From contig JAQGDQ010000878.1 of assembly GCA_030141605.1 (NCBI GenBank), forward strand, positions 1 through 64,000: a stretch of 64,000 nucleotides of DNA. The letters run 5' to 3'. The position numbers and the translations under genes were made by a program. The first letter of the stretch is position 1; each line of letters begins with the position of its first letter. Origin of the DNA: Tubiluchus corallicola. Lineage: Eukaryota > Animalia > Priapulida. Positions 1 to 14,398 of the stretch are shown here, one piece after another. Below the pieces are notes generated by a model. The model saw nothing but the letters and a program-made list of their open reading frames with translations, was not told the DNA's origin and did not search any database.

Positions 1-1174
1 TGTTTGCCGTCAGATGCAGATTTCGGGGGGAAATATGGCTTAACAAGCACCCCAGCTTGTTAAGAGCTGGCCAGATCTCCGGACTCATTATCTGGTCCTT
101 CTCTTCGTTACCGAAGCAGCTAACCACAAATGAACTATACGTATTGTACTTCGTCTGCAGCTGTTTTACAGTCACCTTAATGTCGCATTGGTCTATAATT
201 AACCGTTCTATGTCACCAGTGTTAGTGTCCGGATCCAGTCGCGTAACGAACAACTGTCGTAACGGCTTGCTGGATTTTACCTCACTATTGGTTGCAGTAC
301 CAGTTATAACCCGCTTAGATGCTGGCTTTGTTAAAGGAAGTCTGGGGCGTTTACTAGAACGTACGACTTTAGTGAAGCCATCACTATCCTTATCTGAATC
401 ACCCAGCGTCACCGTCTTTGTGGTAGGTGGCTTATGCGGGATAGACTTTGAAGAGGAAGATAACACACCTGCTGACTGGACTACTGAAGAATAGCTCTTC
501 TGCTTTGCTATGGCAATGTTAGAGCTGGCAAAACGTGCGTCTAAGATTTCATTTAAGTCCTCCTTCGTTATGAATTTATCTTTCAATACCGCTAGGTCCT
601 GCTGCACAATTTGAAGTTGTTTTAACAATACTGATGTATCCATTGATTTCAGACTCATTGGCGGGATGTTTTGAGAGAAAGCGGCCGCAAATCTCGGTGC
701 AGGCGCAGCATTTATTATAGGGCCGTATTGCAATAGCTTCAGTATGTCATTGCACACATTTGCCTTTTTGGATGGACCGATTCTGTTCTTCACGAATTCT
801 GGATTGTCTGTATTGTCGCGTGGTATAAGACCAATAAGCACCGCTTTCGCCTCATCACATTTTTCCTCCGAATAAAAGTCGTGAATAACCTTTGCCAAAT
901 CTACAAATGGCACTCCTGCCTCCAACTGATTTTGAGCAAAGTAATTCAGTTCGTTGTGAATTAGACTTATACTGTCATCGTCTGTGTCACTGCATACAGC
1001 ATTCTTGCTTACTGAGCCTCTTTCCTGGACATTTTCAACTTGGATGGGTATAATAGCACCTCCGCTTTCTGATATTCTAGCGTTGTAACATTTGTTACAA
1101 AGAATGAGATAGCCAAATTCGATCCTGCTTGACGCATCAGGATACTTGCGTCTACACAATATACATGTTGCCAT
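1..1174 (-). mobile_element. ORF1 of a CR1/L2-like non-LTR retrotransposon (runs off the window's left edge)
   Basis: My translation from ATG 1174 is open to position 1: MATCILCRRKY...LCNKC (CxxC..CxxC), NELNYFAQNQ..VIHDFYSEEKCDEAK, PRFAAAFSQNIPP, LFVTRLDPDT..LQTKYNTYSSFVV..PEIWP. These motifs are typical of invertebrate CR1/L2-clade ORF1. Absent from the ORF track because it has no stop in the window. Confidence 0.75.
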
Positions 1175-1460
1175 TGTCTGTTAATTAGGCGTGATATCAC
1201 CCCTACACTGATACATGGAAGAAAACACGTTTTACCAGGTAAGTAACGCAAAACTTCACAAAAGAATTATTGCAGAAATTTAGTTTTTCAGAAATATCTT
1301 GGCAATCGTTTTTCTTACAATTCAACCAATCATTAAACTGGATGCGTTTCTTATTCATGCAGAATATGATATAAGTTTCACTTTGCAACTCTCACTATAA
1401 ATATATTAAATTAGCTCGAATAGACAGAGACGATGTACACACCACTGCTATTCACAGATA

Positions 1461-1805
<345 letters not shown>

Positions 1806-2035
1806 GATGGGAGCAAGACAGAGATTTTATTTTATTTGTTCATTTCATTTTTGATTTGATTTAACTTTTAATTTCAAACCAAATGTTATAGAATAAAACA
1901 TTTACATATTTACAACAAGAAACAAAAACACACACATATTAACACAATAAATTAATAAACACGGATACTAACAACAATTACACAGTTAAGAGGAAATTCC
2001 ACTAATGGCGTCTCATATGCGACGTAAATTTTGCA

Positions 2036-2330
2036 TCATAACATAACATAACATAGCATAGCATAGCATAGCATAGCACAGCACAGCATAACATAACATA
2101 GCATAGCATAACATAGCATAACATAACATAGCATAACGTAACATAACATAACATAACATAACATAGCATAGCATAGCACAGCACAACACAACATAGCATA
2201 GCATAGCATAGCATAACATAGCATAGCATAGCATAGCATAGCATAACATAACATAACATAACATAACATAACATAACATAACATAACATAACATAACATA
2301 ACATAACATAACATAACATAACCTAACATA
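2036..2330. repeat. (ACATA/GCATA)n pentanucleotide microsatellite
   Basis: Directly visible; explains the MLCYV-repeat ORFs. Confidence 0.99.
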
Positions 2331-3854
2331 ATCTTTTATTCCTTATTCTTTTAATCTTTAACAAAATGAGCAATTTTGAGTTTGAGTTTACTGATATCTT
2401 TTCGAAATTTTGAGTGTTTTGATAGCAGAGAAGACAAGTAAACATAGCGTTGCTCACAACGTTTCAAAAATAAAATTTCACAGAAAAAAGTCAAATGAAA
2501 AAAGGCGAAGAAAATAAAGCCATAAGCGTAACCGTAACTGTAACCGTAGCCACAATTAATTATAACTTTTTTCCTGTAACTATTGTATTGTTTAGGAAAC
2601 AATTTGATGACATACTTTTTGTTATGCAGTTGTGTCATAATGAATGTTTTTTTAAGACTTAGATTTAACAGAAACTTGTAGTATCTTGGGGAGGTGCTGC
2701 CATCTTTTGGCTGTAAAATTAATTTACCTATTTCTTAAACTGTTTACTGTACAATCTATTTACATACCATTTACTGGGTTTCAACTAAAGTTAATGAGGT
2801 GTAACAGGAGTCCTGGCTATTGTATGTTGGGCAGTAGTAGTTCAGGTCTCATAGTCTGCTGGTGCCGTTCAAATTTCAAATTTCATAATGTAGTTTGTCA
2901 AGGTATGTTGCTTTAAATTATATTTTGTGTTTTTTTTTAATTTGATAAAATGAGGTTAGTGCTTTAATTTTTGTTATAGTGTGTTAAACTTAAGTGAATT
3001 ATTAAGTTAAACTTCCCTAAGTGTTGCTTTTACTTTTATTTCAGACTGCAATTTATGTTGAAACCTACCCCCCCCCCCTCTACACCGGGTTCACTTCTTC
3101 ATTTTTTGACAATAAAGAAATCAACCTGCCTGTATCAAAGTGTTCATCATTTTTATTGGGTTACAACATGCAGACGGACAAACTGAACAAAACAACTATT
3201 TACTTAGGAAAATGATGACTTTTTGCACGTGACTTTCTTACTGCTCATCCAGAAAAATCACACCAGAAAGCAAAGAGAAATCAATTTTAAATAAAGTATG
3301 GGAAAACGTTCTACGGGTAACTTGAAATACATCTTAAACATAATTTTCAGTTCTGAGGCAAACAATTCATCCCGAAAGCCCTACGAAAATTTAATAATCT
3401 GTAGATTCAGAAACCATAAACAAGATGTGAACACAGCAAAACGAGTAATCAACAAAATGACAGTTTAAAAGGTAAACAAACTCAAACGCTAAGAAAGTGG
3501 TAAGAGAACTGTAAAAGCCTTTCTAAAGAAATGGAAAAAGCGTACGCTTCTTAAAGACATTATCCGTCCTCTTAGATGCATAGCAATATTGATTATTGAA
3601 GCCCAGAGCAGTCAAGTATCTAGTTATTAGAGTACTGAACAAAAGCTATAAGACAATGAATAGATGGTCACCAGGGTTCTCTCTGCTCAGATACAATGAG
3701 AATAATTGATCCAAGTGCAAAGTGCAAAAGTAGGTCATGTCAGAAATGAGCAACTTCTCACAATTGTTATACCGACTCAGTGCTCCAGTGTACTGTTAGT
3801 TCAGGAATGATTTTCTACATGTATGAAATTGTATGGTAATTCGTCTCAGTACCA

Positions 3855-4050
3855 ATGCACATTCAAACTCATCTGCTATCAATCTCTGTGCTTGTTTGTT
3901 GTATTGGTGACACAGAAAGTTTGTGCACATCAGCTAAATGTGGTCATGAAAGCGGAGGATGTTGGTGTGATGCAGCATGTTTTAGTCAAAGGGATTGTTG
4001 CAGCAATGTGTGCGACATTTGCTATGCTCATTTTCCCAGTAATTGTCCTG
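3855..4050 (+). CDS. First coding exon V1: signal peptide + somatomedin-B-like domain
   Basis: MHIQTHLLSISVLVCCIGDTES-LC...CWCDAACFSQRDCCSNVCDIC...C; CxCDxxCxxxxDCC motif; phase-1 donor G|GTATGT at 4051. Confidence 0.8.
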
Positions 4051-4663
4051 GTATGTACTACATATGTTTGCTTTATCCTGTAAACTAATTGTAACTGTGA
4101 CCGAAGCCGATTTACTATTGATGATCTATGACTTAGTTTTCCCCACATATGGAACTGGGATAGTAATCTGTGAAGTCATACTGAAAGTCTGAAATTTCCT
4201 CAAATTTTCGGTTGGTTAACACTTATCACGCCAGCCACCCACACTTCGCTCAGACGATCAGTGATGAATTCACCATTTTCAGTGTCTTAGAATGGTTTAA
4301 TGGTTTTGTTGGTGTTTAACTGTGAGCAGATCTTACAGAAACTTGGGATGCAGACTAATGGTTCCATAATAATAATAAATCGTTTATTATACCATTAATA
4401 ATATTGAAGTATTGGCTTTCAATAACTGAACGAGTTGCATTTCAACTGGTTTGTATCTCTCAGGTCAACCAAATTTAAGAGAGTCGTTAAAATAGTCCAC
4501 ATGAGCATTCATCACCATTTATACTAACAATAATTTCACTACCCGTACTGTACTGTAAATTGCAATAAAATAAAATTAAATATGCACATGCTAGTGAGAG
4601 TTCTGATGGTGGTTACTTTTTTATATATTTATTTACATGTATATATGTATGTATATATGTAAA

Positions 4664-4689
4664 TGTGTGTGTGTGTGTGTGTGTGCGTG

Positions 4690-4729
<40 letters not shown>

Positions 4730-4740
4730 CGTGCGTGCGT
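4664..4740. repeat. (GT)n/(GCGT)n microsatellite
   Basis: Directly visible. Confidence 0.97.
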
Positions 4741-5485
4741 AAATAATGGACAACTAAAAGTAGCTGAACAGAAAAAACAGAAGTCGCAAAAATTCAAGTT
4801 GGCAATCAACAAATGACGAGACCAATTTCCAAAATCTGCATCCTGGAATCATGTGGTGATGGTTGACACATCACGAGGGGGAGGATGGACAAAAGAAAAT
4901 CATTTTTAAGTATTTTAAATATAAGTTTATGTTGTATATTTATCCTAATGTCATCATACTTTTTTAGTTTTGGATAGTGCTGCCACCTTCAGGTGTTCTT
5001 GTTAAAATTGTTGAACTTTCTCTTTCCTGTTTAAATTTTCATTGGCTTCTACAGTCTTTATGAATGCATAATCTCTAAACCTGTTTTCACACCTAAATGA
5101 TTTCACTTGTAGTTCTGGTCACTTGGTTTTCTGCTTTTCAACATGACACGACTTCACTGTTTATGTAGGCATTTCAGAATAAAATCTTAAAAACAAATCT
5201 CAAGTTTTTTGGTTTCTTCAAACCATACCTCCATTCAGGTAAAAGTCCTTCCACTCTCACTTATTGCAACATAGATTTTATAATCAATAATCATGCAGTG
5301 AATAACTTTGCAGGAATGGGTTTCTTAGAACAAAAGCGGTTGTCTTGGCTCATTTTATTGAGTAGATACCATTTGTCCTGAAGCCCTTTGACTTAATTGA
5401 TTAGTAGTTCATGGTCAACTAACGACGTGGCATTAAGTTATGTTTCACCATACATGTATTTTAAATGTCATAAACAGCATAAGTA

Positions 5486-5968
5486 CCGTATTTTCCCGTG
5501 TATAAGAGACCCTTTTTTGCTCAGAATTTTCACTTTAAAAATAGGGGGTCTCTTATACATGGGAGTAAGTCTTTTCAATAAGATGCATAAATTGTGACAC
5601 TAATGATTTTAAAGAAATAAGTGCTCTACAACTGTTTTATTTCGAATAATTATAGTTTCCTTTCAATAAATCTTCTCCATGGCTAAATTCTAATGATAAA
5701 ATTAATGTACCGGGTAAGTTATTATTTTTTTAAATGTCAAAAGAGGACAATGCCATTTTTGAGCAGAGTGACTCCTCTGATGATGAACTGGCTGGAATTG
5801 CTGAAGGTCTGACTCCAGTTGATATTTTTGATGAGAGTGACGAGGAATTTAATGATTTCTATGATGAATAAAGTTATTCATTACCAAAAAACTTTTTTCC
5901 AGAATTTTTGTCTAAAAATTGAAGGGGTCTCTTATACACAAGGGTCTCTTATACATGGGAAAATACGG
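5486..5968. mobile_element. pogo/Tc1-mariner-type MITE
   Basis: TIR CCGTATTTTCCCGTGTATAAGAGACCC / GGGTCTCTTATACATGGGAAAATACGG flanked by TA; internal acidic reading (SDSSDDEL...FDESDEEFNDFYDE*) resembles a pogo transposase C-terminal tail. Confidence 0.85.
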
Positions 5969-6490
5969 TACCCCTTGCATTAACTTATTAACCCATTTCA
6001 TTGAAATTTCACCTTAAAGGAAAGGACAAGTCACTTAGTATGTTGAGTTTATTTTACAACCTTCACTAAAATTTGGAAAAATATCATATCATAAATAAAT
6101 TTGCAAAAACCTGTCTATAAAACACAAAGTTAATTTATACTACCACTGTATAGAAACTCTAATAAACTGCACTAGCCGCTGTTCACTTGAAAATTACGAT
6201 GTAAATAGTTAACTGGAGTTTTCGTAAACACATCATGGCTTTCAATAAGCATGCACTGCCTTAAATTTCAGCAGCTTGCCCAATTTTAATGCAGAAATAT
6301 CACAGAATTAATTAGCTATCTAATTTTTTGTAAAAAGCTTATTAAACCTTTCACAGAAATTGACAGTGAACTGCTTTTGTTCAGCGACGAATGATGTCAT
6401 CGTTGGAAGAGTGGGCAAGCAAAATGGAAACTCCTAAGCGTAAAATGATCACAACATTAAAGTTATTTTACTAATTATATGAGGCATTAA

Positions 6491-9400
6491 ATTACCTCCA
6501 GTAATTTACAATGACAAAAGAAATAATAATTATTTCTAATTGTTTATTTTTACATGACAGTCTAGTGTCCTTAACAAAAAATATAATAGAAAATATGTAT
6601 ATATCTGAAAGGCAACCACTTGAGCATGATGTCGCAGTTTTCTGAGCTTCATGTCTGCAAAGCATGTTGCTGCATTTAATTCCTTCCAATAAGTTACAAT
6701 GACAAAATAAACAATAATTATTTCTCTGTTTTGCCAGATATAAATGAGTGTGATACTAACACAGATAATTGCCACGCACATGCCACATGTACGAATACCA
6801 TAGGCAGCTTTACATGTGCATGCAAAACTGGATACCAGGGAACAGGTGTAGCTTGCGCAGGTATTTTAATTGTTTATTTTTACATATCCAACTGTTGTCC
6901 TTACAAAAATAATATAGAAAATATGTATATATCTGAAAGGCAACCACTTGAGCATGATGTCACAGTTTTCTGAGCTTCATGTCTGCAATGCGTGTTGCTG
7001 CATTAAATTACTTCCAGTAATTTACAATGACAAAATTAAGAATTATTGTTTCTCTGTTTTGCCAGACATAAATGAGTGTGATACTAACACAGATAATTGC
7101 CACGCACATGCCACATGTACGAATACCATAGGCAGCTTTACATGTGCATGCAAAACTGGATACCAGGGAACAGGTGTAGCTTGCGCAGGTATTTTAATTC
7201 TTTACATTTACATGACCGTCTAGTGTCCTTAACAAAAAATATGATAGAAAATATGTATATATCTGAAGGGCAGCCACTTGAGCATGATGTCACAGTTTTC
7301 TGAGCTTCATGTCTGCAATGCATGTTGCTGCATTTAATTCCTTCCAGTAATTTACAATGACAAAATTAAGAATTATTACTTCTCTGTTTTGCCAGATATA
7401 AATGAGTGTGATACTAACACAGATAGTTGTCACGCTGATGCCACATGTGCGAATACAGTAAGCAGCTTTACATGTGCATGCAAAACTGGATACCAGGGAA
7501 CAGGTGTAGCTTGCGCAGGTATTTTAATTCTTTACATTTACATGTCCGTCTAGTGTCCTTAACAAAAAATATGATAGAAAATATGTATATATCTGAAAGG
7601 CAACCACCTGAGCATAATGATGTCACAGTTTTCTGAGCTTCATGTCTGCAAAGCATGTTGCTGCATTTAATTCCTTCCAATAAGTTACAATGACAAAATA
7701 AACAATAATTATTTCTCTGTTTTGCCAGATATAAATGAGTGTGATACTAACACAGATAGTTGCCATGCAGATGCCACATGTACAAATACAGTAAGCAGCT
7801 TTACATGTGCATGCAAAACTGGATACCAGGGAACAGGTGTAGCTTGCGCAGGTATTTTAATTCTTTATTTTTACATGACAGTCTAGGGTCCTTAACAAAA
7901 AATATGATAGAAAATATGTACATATCTGAAAGGCAACCACTTGAGCATGATGTCGCAGTTTTCTGAGCTTCATGTCTGCAATGCATGTTGCTGCATTTAA
8001 TTCCTTCCAGTAATTTACAATGACAAAATAAATAATAATTATTTCTCTGTTTTGTCAGATATAAATGAGTGTGATACTAACACAGATAGTTGCCACGCAA
8101 ATGCCAAATGTACGAATACCATAGGCAGCTTTACATGTGCATGCAAAACTGGATACCAGGGAACAGGTGTAGCTTGCGCAGGTATTTTAATTCTTTACAT
8201 TTACATGACCGTCTAGTGTCCTTAACAAAAAATATGATAGAAAATATGTATATATCTGAAGGGCAACCAGCTGAGTATAATGATGTCACAGTTTTCTGAG
8301 CCTCATGTCTGCAAAGCATGTTGCTGCATTTAATTCCTTCCAGTAATTTACAATGACAAAATTAAGAATTATTATTTCTCTGTTTTGCCAGATATAAATG
8401 AGTGTGATACTAACACAGATAGTTGCCACGCAGATGCCACATGTACGAATACAGTAAGCAGCTTTACATGTGCATGCAAAACTGGATACGAGGGAACAGG
8501 TGTAATTTGCACAGGTATTTTAATTGTTTATTTTTACATATCCGACTGTTGTCCTTACAAAAATAATATAGAAAATATGTATATATCTGAAAGGCAACCA
8601 CTTGAGCATGATGTCACAGTTTTCTGAGCCTCATGTCTGCAATGCATGTTGCTGCATTTAATTCCTTCCAGTAATTTACAATGACAAAATTAAGAATTAT
8701 TATTTCTCTGTTTTGCCAGATATAAATGAGTGTGATACTAACACAGATAGTTGCCACGCAGATGCCACATGTACGAATACAGTAAGCAGCTTTACATGTG
8801 CATGCAAAACTGGATACCAGGGAACAGGTGTAGCTTGCGCAGGTATTTTAATTCTTTACATTTACATGACCGTCTAGTGTCCTTAACAAAAAATATGATA
8901 GAAAATATGTATATATCTGACAGTTTTCTGAGCTTCATGTCTGCAATGCATGTTGCTGCATTTAATTCCTTCCAGTAATTTACAATGACAAAATTAAGAA
9001 TTATTATTTCTCTGTTTTGCCAGATATAAATGAATGTGATACTAACGCAGATAGTTGCCATGCAGATGCCACATGTACGAATACAGTAAGCAGCTTTACA
9101 TGTGAATGCAATACTGGATACGAGGGAACAGGTGTAACTTGCGCAGGTATTTTAATTACGTTAACTTTTACATATTCATCTAGTGTCCTTACAAAAATAT
9201 GATAGAAAATGTGTATATATCTGAAAGGCAACCAGCTGAGCATAATGATGTCGCAGTTTGCTGAGCTTCATATCTGCAAAGCATGTTGCTGCATTTAATT
9301 CCTTCCAGTAATTTACAATGACAAAATTAATAATTATTATTTCTCTGTTTTGCCAGATATAAATGAGTGTGATACTAACACAGATAGTTGCCACGCAGAT

Positions 9401-12400
9401 GCAACATGTACGAATACAGTAGGCAGCTTTACATGTGCATGCAAAACTGGATACGAGGGAACAGGTGTAATTTGCACAGGTATTTTAATTGTTTATTTTT
9501 ACATATCCGACTGTTGTCCTTACAAAAATAATATAGAAAATATGTATATATCTGAAAGGCAACCACTTGAGCATGATGTCAGTTTTCTGAGCTTCATGTC
9601 TGCAATGCATGTTGCTGCATTTAATTCCTTCCAGTAATTTACAATGACAAAATTAAGAATTATTGTTTCTCTGTTTTGCCAGACATAAATGAGTGTGAAA
9701 CTAACACAGATAATTGCCACGCAGATGCCACATGTACGAATACCATAGGCAGCTTTACATGTGCATGCAAAACTGGATACCAGGGAACAGGTGTAGCTTG
9801 CACAGGTATTTTAATCCTTTATTTTTACATGACCGTCTAGTGTCCTTAACAAAAAATATGATAGAAAATATGTATATATCTGAAAGGCAACCACTTGAGC
9901 ATGATGTCACAGTTTTCTGAGCTTCATGTCTGCAATGCATGTTGCTGCATTTAATTCCTTCCAGTAATTTACAATGACAAAATTAAGAATTATTATTTCT
10001 CTGTTTTGCCAGATATAAATGAGTGTGATACTAACACAGATAGTTGCCACGCAGATGCCACATGTACGAATACAGTAAGCAGCTTTACATGTGCATGCAA
10101 AACTGGATACCAGGGAACAGGTGTAGCTTGCACAGGTATTTTAATCCTTTATTTTTACATGACCGTCTAGTGTCCTTAACAAAAAATATGATAGAAAATA
10201 TGTATATATCTGACAGTTTTCTGAGCTTCATGTCTGCAATGCATGTTGCTGCATTGAATTCCTTCCAGTAATTTACAATGACAAAATAAATAATAATTAT
10301 TTCTCTGTTTTGCCAGATATAAATGAGTGTGATACTAACACAGATAGTTGCCATGCAGATGCCACATGTACGAATACAGTAAGCAGCTTTACATGTGCAT
10401 GCAATACTGGATACGAGGGAACAGGTGTAACTTGCACAGGTATTTCAATTATGTCTACTTTTACATATTCATCTGGTGTCCTTTCAAAAATATGATAGAA
10501 AATATGTATATATCTGAAGGGCGACCAGCTGAGCATAATGATGTCACAGTTTGCTGAGCTTCATGTCTGCAAAGCATGTTGCAGCATTAAATTTACAATA
10601 ACAAAATTAATTGTTATTATTTCTTTGTTTTGCCAGATATAAATGAGTGTGATACTAACACAGATAGTTGCCACGCAGATGCCACATGTACGAATACAGT
10701 AAGCAGCTTTACATGTGCATGCAATACTGGATACGAGGGAACAGGTGTAACTTGCACAGGTATTTTAATTGTTTATTTTTACATATCCGTCTGTTGTCCT
10801 TACAAAAATAATATAGAAAATATGTATATATCTGAAAGGCAACCACTTGAGCATGATGTCAGTTTTCTGAGCTTCATGTCTGCAATGCATGTTGCTGCAT
10901 TTAATTCCTTCCAGTAATTTACAATGACAAAATTAAGAATTATTATTTCTCTGTTTTGCCAGATATAAATGAGTGTGATACTAACACAGATAGTTGCCAC
11001 GCAGATGCAAAATGTACGAATACCATAGGCAGCTTTACATGTGCATGCAAAACTGGATACCAGGGAACAGGTGTAGCTTGCACAGGTATTTTAATCCTTT
11101 ATTTTTACATGACCGTCTAGTGTCCTTAACAAAAAATATGATAGAAAATATGTATATATCTGAAAGGCAACCACTTGAGCATGATGTCACAGTTTTCTGA
11201 GCCTCATGTCTGCAATGCATGTTGCTGCATTTAATTCCTTCCAGTAATTTACAATGACAAAATTAAGAATTATTATTTCTCTGTTTTGCCAGATATAAAT
11301 GAATGTGATACTAACGCAGATAGTTGCCATGCAGATGCCACATGTACAAATACAGTAAGCAGCTTTACATGTGCATGCAAAACTGGATACCAGGGAACAG
11401 GTGTAGCTTGCGCAGGTATTTTAATTCTTTACATTTACATGACCGTCTAGTGTCCTTAACAAAAAATATGATAGAAAATATGTATATATCTGTCAGTTTT
11501 CTGAGCTTCATGTCTGCAATGCATGTTGCTGCATTTAATTCCTTCCAGTAATTTACAATGACAAAATTAAGAATTATTATTTCTCTGTTTTGCCAGATAT
11601 AAATGAGTGTGATACTAACACAGATAGTTGCCATGCAGATGCCACATGTACGAATACAGTAAGCAGCTTTACATGTGCATGCAATACTGGATACCAGGGA
11701 ACAGGTGTAGCTTGCGCAGGTATTTTAATTCGTTTACTTTTACATATCCATCTAGTGTCCTTACAAAAATATGATAGAAAATATGTACATATCTGAAAGG
11801 CGACCAGCTGAGCATAATGATGTCGCAGTTTGCTGAGCTTCATATCTGCAATGCATGTTGCTGCATTTAATTCCTTCCAGTAACTTATAATGACAAAATT
11901 AAGAATTATTATTTCTCTGTTTTGCCAGATATAAATGAGTGTGATACTAACACAGATAGTTGCCACGCAGATGCCACATGTACGAATACAGTAAGCAGCT
12001 TTACATGTGCATGCAAAACTGGATACGAGGGAACAGGTGTAATTTGCACAGGTATTTTAATTGTTTATTTTTACATATCCGACTGTTGTCCTTACAAAAA
12101 TAATATAGAAAATATGTATATATCTGAAAGGCAACCACTTGAGCATGATGTCAGTTTTCTGAGCTTCATGTCTGCAATGCATGTTGCTGCATTTAATTCC
12201 TTCCAGTAATTTACAATGACAAAATTAAGAATTATTGTTTCTCTGTTTTGCCAGACATAAATGAGTGTGAAACTAACACAGATAATTGCCACGCAGATGC
12301 CACATGTACGAATACCATAGGCAGCTTTACATGTGCATGCAAAACTGGATACCAGGGAACAGGTGTAGCTTGCACAGGTATTTTAATCCTTTATTTTTAC

Positions 12401-14398
12401 ATGACCGTCTAGTGTCCTTAACAAAAAATATGATAGAAAATATGTATATATCTGAAAGGCAACCACTTGAGCATGATGTCACAGTTTTCTGAGCCTCATG
12501 TCTGCAATGCATGTTGCTGCATTTAATTCCTTCCAGTAATTTACAATGACAAAATTAAGAATTATTATTTCTCTGTTTTGCCAGATATAAATGAATGTGA
12601 TACTAACGCAGATAGTTGCCATGCAGATGCCACATGTACAAATACAGTAAGCAGCTTTACATGTGCATGCAAAACTGGATACCAAGGAACAGGTGTAGCT
12701 TGCGCAGGTATTTTAATTCTTTACATTTACATGACCGTCTAGTGTCCTTAACAAAAAATATGATAGAAAATATGTATATATCTGAAAGGCAACCAGCTGA
12801 GCATAATGATGTCACAGTTTTCTGAGCCTCATGTCTGCAATGCATGTTGCTGCATTTAATTCCTTCCAGTAATTTACAATAACAAAATTAAGAATTATTA
12901 TTTCTATGTTTTGCCAGATATAAATGAATGTGATACTAACGCAGATAGTTGTCACGCAGATGCCACATGTACGAATACCATAGGCAGCTTTACATGTGCA
13001 TGCAAAACTGGATACCAGGGAACAGGTGTAGCTTGCGCAGGTATTTTAATTGTTTATTTTTACATATCCAACTGTTGTCCTTACAAAAATAATATAGAAA
13101 ATATGTATATATCTGAAAGGCAACCACTTGAGCATGATGTCACAGTTTTCTGAGCTTCATGTCTGCAATGCATGTTGCTGCATTAAATTACTTCCAGTAA
13201 TTTACAATGACAAAATTAAGAATTATTGTTTCTCTGTTTTGCCAGACATAAATGAGTGTGATACTAACACAGATAATTGCCACGCACATGCCACATGTAC
13301 GAATACCATAGGCAGCTTTACATGTGCATGCAAAACTGGATACCAAGGAACAGGTGTAGCTTGCGCAGGTATTTTAATTCTTTACATTTACGTGACCGTC
13401 TAGTGTCCTTAACAAAAAATATGATAGAAAATATGTATATATCTGAAGGGCAACCACTTGAGCATGATGTCACAGTTTTCTGAGCTTCATGTCTGCAATG
13501 CATGTTGCTGCATTTAATTCCTTCCAGTAATTTACAATGACAAAATTAAGAATTATTACTTCTCTGTTTTGCCAGATATAAATGAGTGTGATACTAACAC
13601 AGATAGTTGTCACGCTGATGCCACATGTGCGAATACAGTAAGCAGCTTTACATGTGCATGCAAAACTGGATACCAGGGAACAGGTGTAGCTTGCGCAGGT
13701 ATTTTAATTCTTTACATTTACATGACCGTCTAGTGTCCTTAACAAAAAATATGATAGAAAATATGTATATATCTGTCAGTTTTCTGAGCTTCATGTCTGC
13801 AATGCATGTTGCTGCATTTAATTCCTTCCAGTAATTTACAATGACAAAATTAAGAATTATTATTTCTCTGTTTTGCCAGATATAAATGAATGTGATACTA
13901 ACGCAGATAGTTGCCATGCAGATGCCACATGTACGAATACAGTAAGCAGCTTTACATGTGAATGCAATACTGGATACGAGGGAACAGGTGTAACTTGCGC
14001 AGGTATTTTAATTACGTTAACTTTTACATATTCATCTAGCGTCCTTACAAAAATATGATAGAAAATATGTACATATCTGAAAGGCGACCAGCTGAGCATA
14101 ATGATGTCGCAGTTTGCTGAGCTTCATATCTGCAATGCATGTTGCTGCATTTAATTCCTTCCAGTAACTTATAATGACAAAATTAAGAATTATTATTTCT
14201 CTGTTTTGCCAGATATAAATGAGTGTGATACTAACACAGATAGTTGCCACGCAGATGCAACATGTACGAATACCATAGGCAGCTTTACATGTGCATGCAA
14301 AACTGGATACCAGGGAACAGGTGTAGCTTGCACAGGTATTTCAATTATGTTTATTTTTACATATTCATCTAGTGTCCTTACAAAAAATATGATAGAAA
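6491..14398 (+). repeat. Tandem array 1 of ~304-333 bp exon+intron units
   Basis: 24 near-identical units counted by hand, plus one exon-less partial unit at the 5' end. Confidence 0.97.
6738..14335 (+). CDS. 24 calcium-binding EGF (EGF_CA) exons, 123 nt each, phase 1-1
   Basis: Each reads ccAG|DINECDTNTD(S/N)CHADATCTNT(V/I)(S/G)SFTCAC(K/N)TGY(Q/E)GTGV(A/T/I)C(A/T)G|GTATT. Exon starts: 6738, 7066, 7396, 7729, 8059, 8392, 8720, 9024, 9357, 9683, 10013, 10317, 10637, 10963, 11293, 11597, 11929, 12255, 12585, 12918, 13246, 13576, 13880, 14213. Confidence 0.9.

Noticed and set aside
57-494. 145-aa plus-strand ORF
   Set aside because: Antisense shadow of the minus-strand LINE ORF1.
2680-5260. 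Possible Penelope-like remnants on the minus strand (GTGCTGCCA.CTT motifs at ~2693 and ~4977)
   Set aside because: Too degenerate to support; no continuous RT or GIY-YIG frame.
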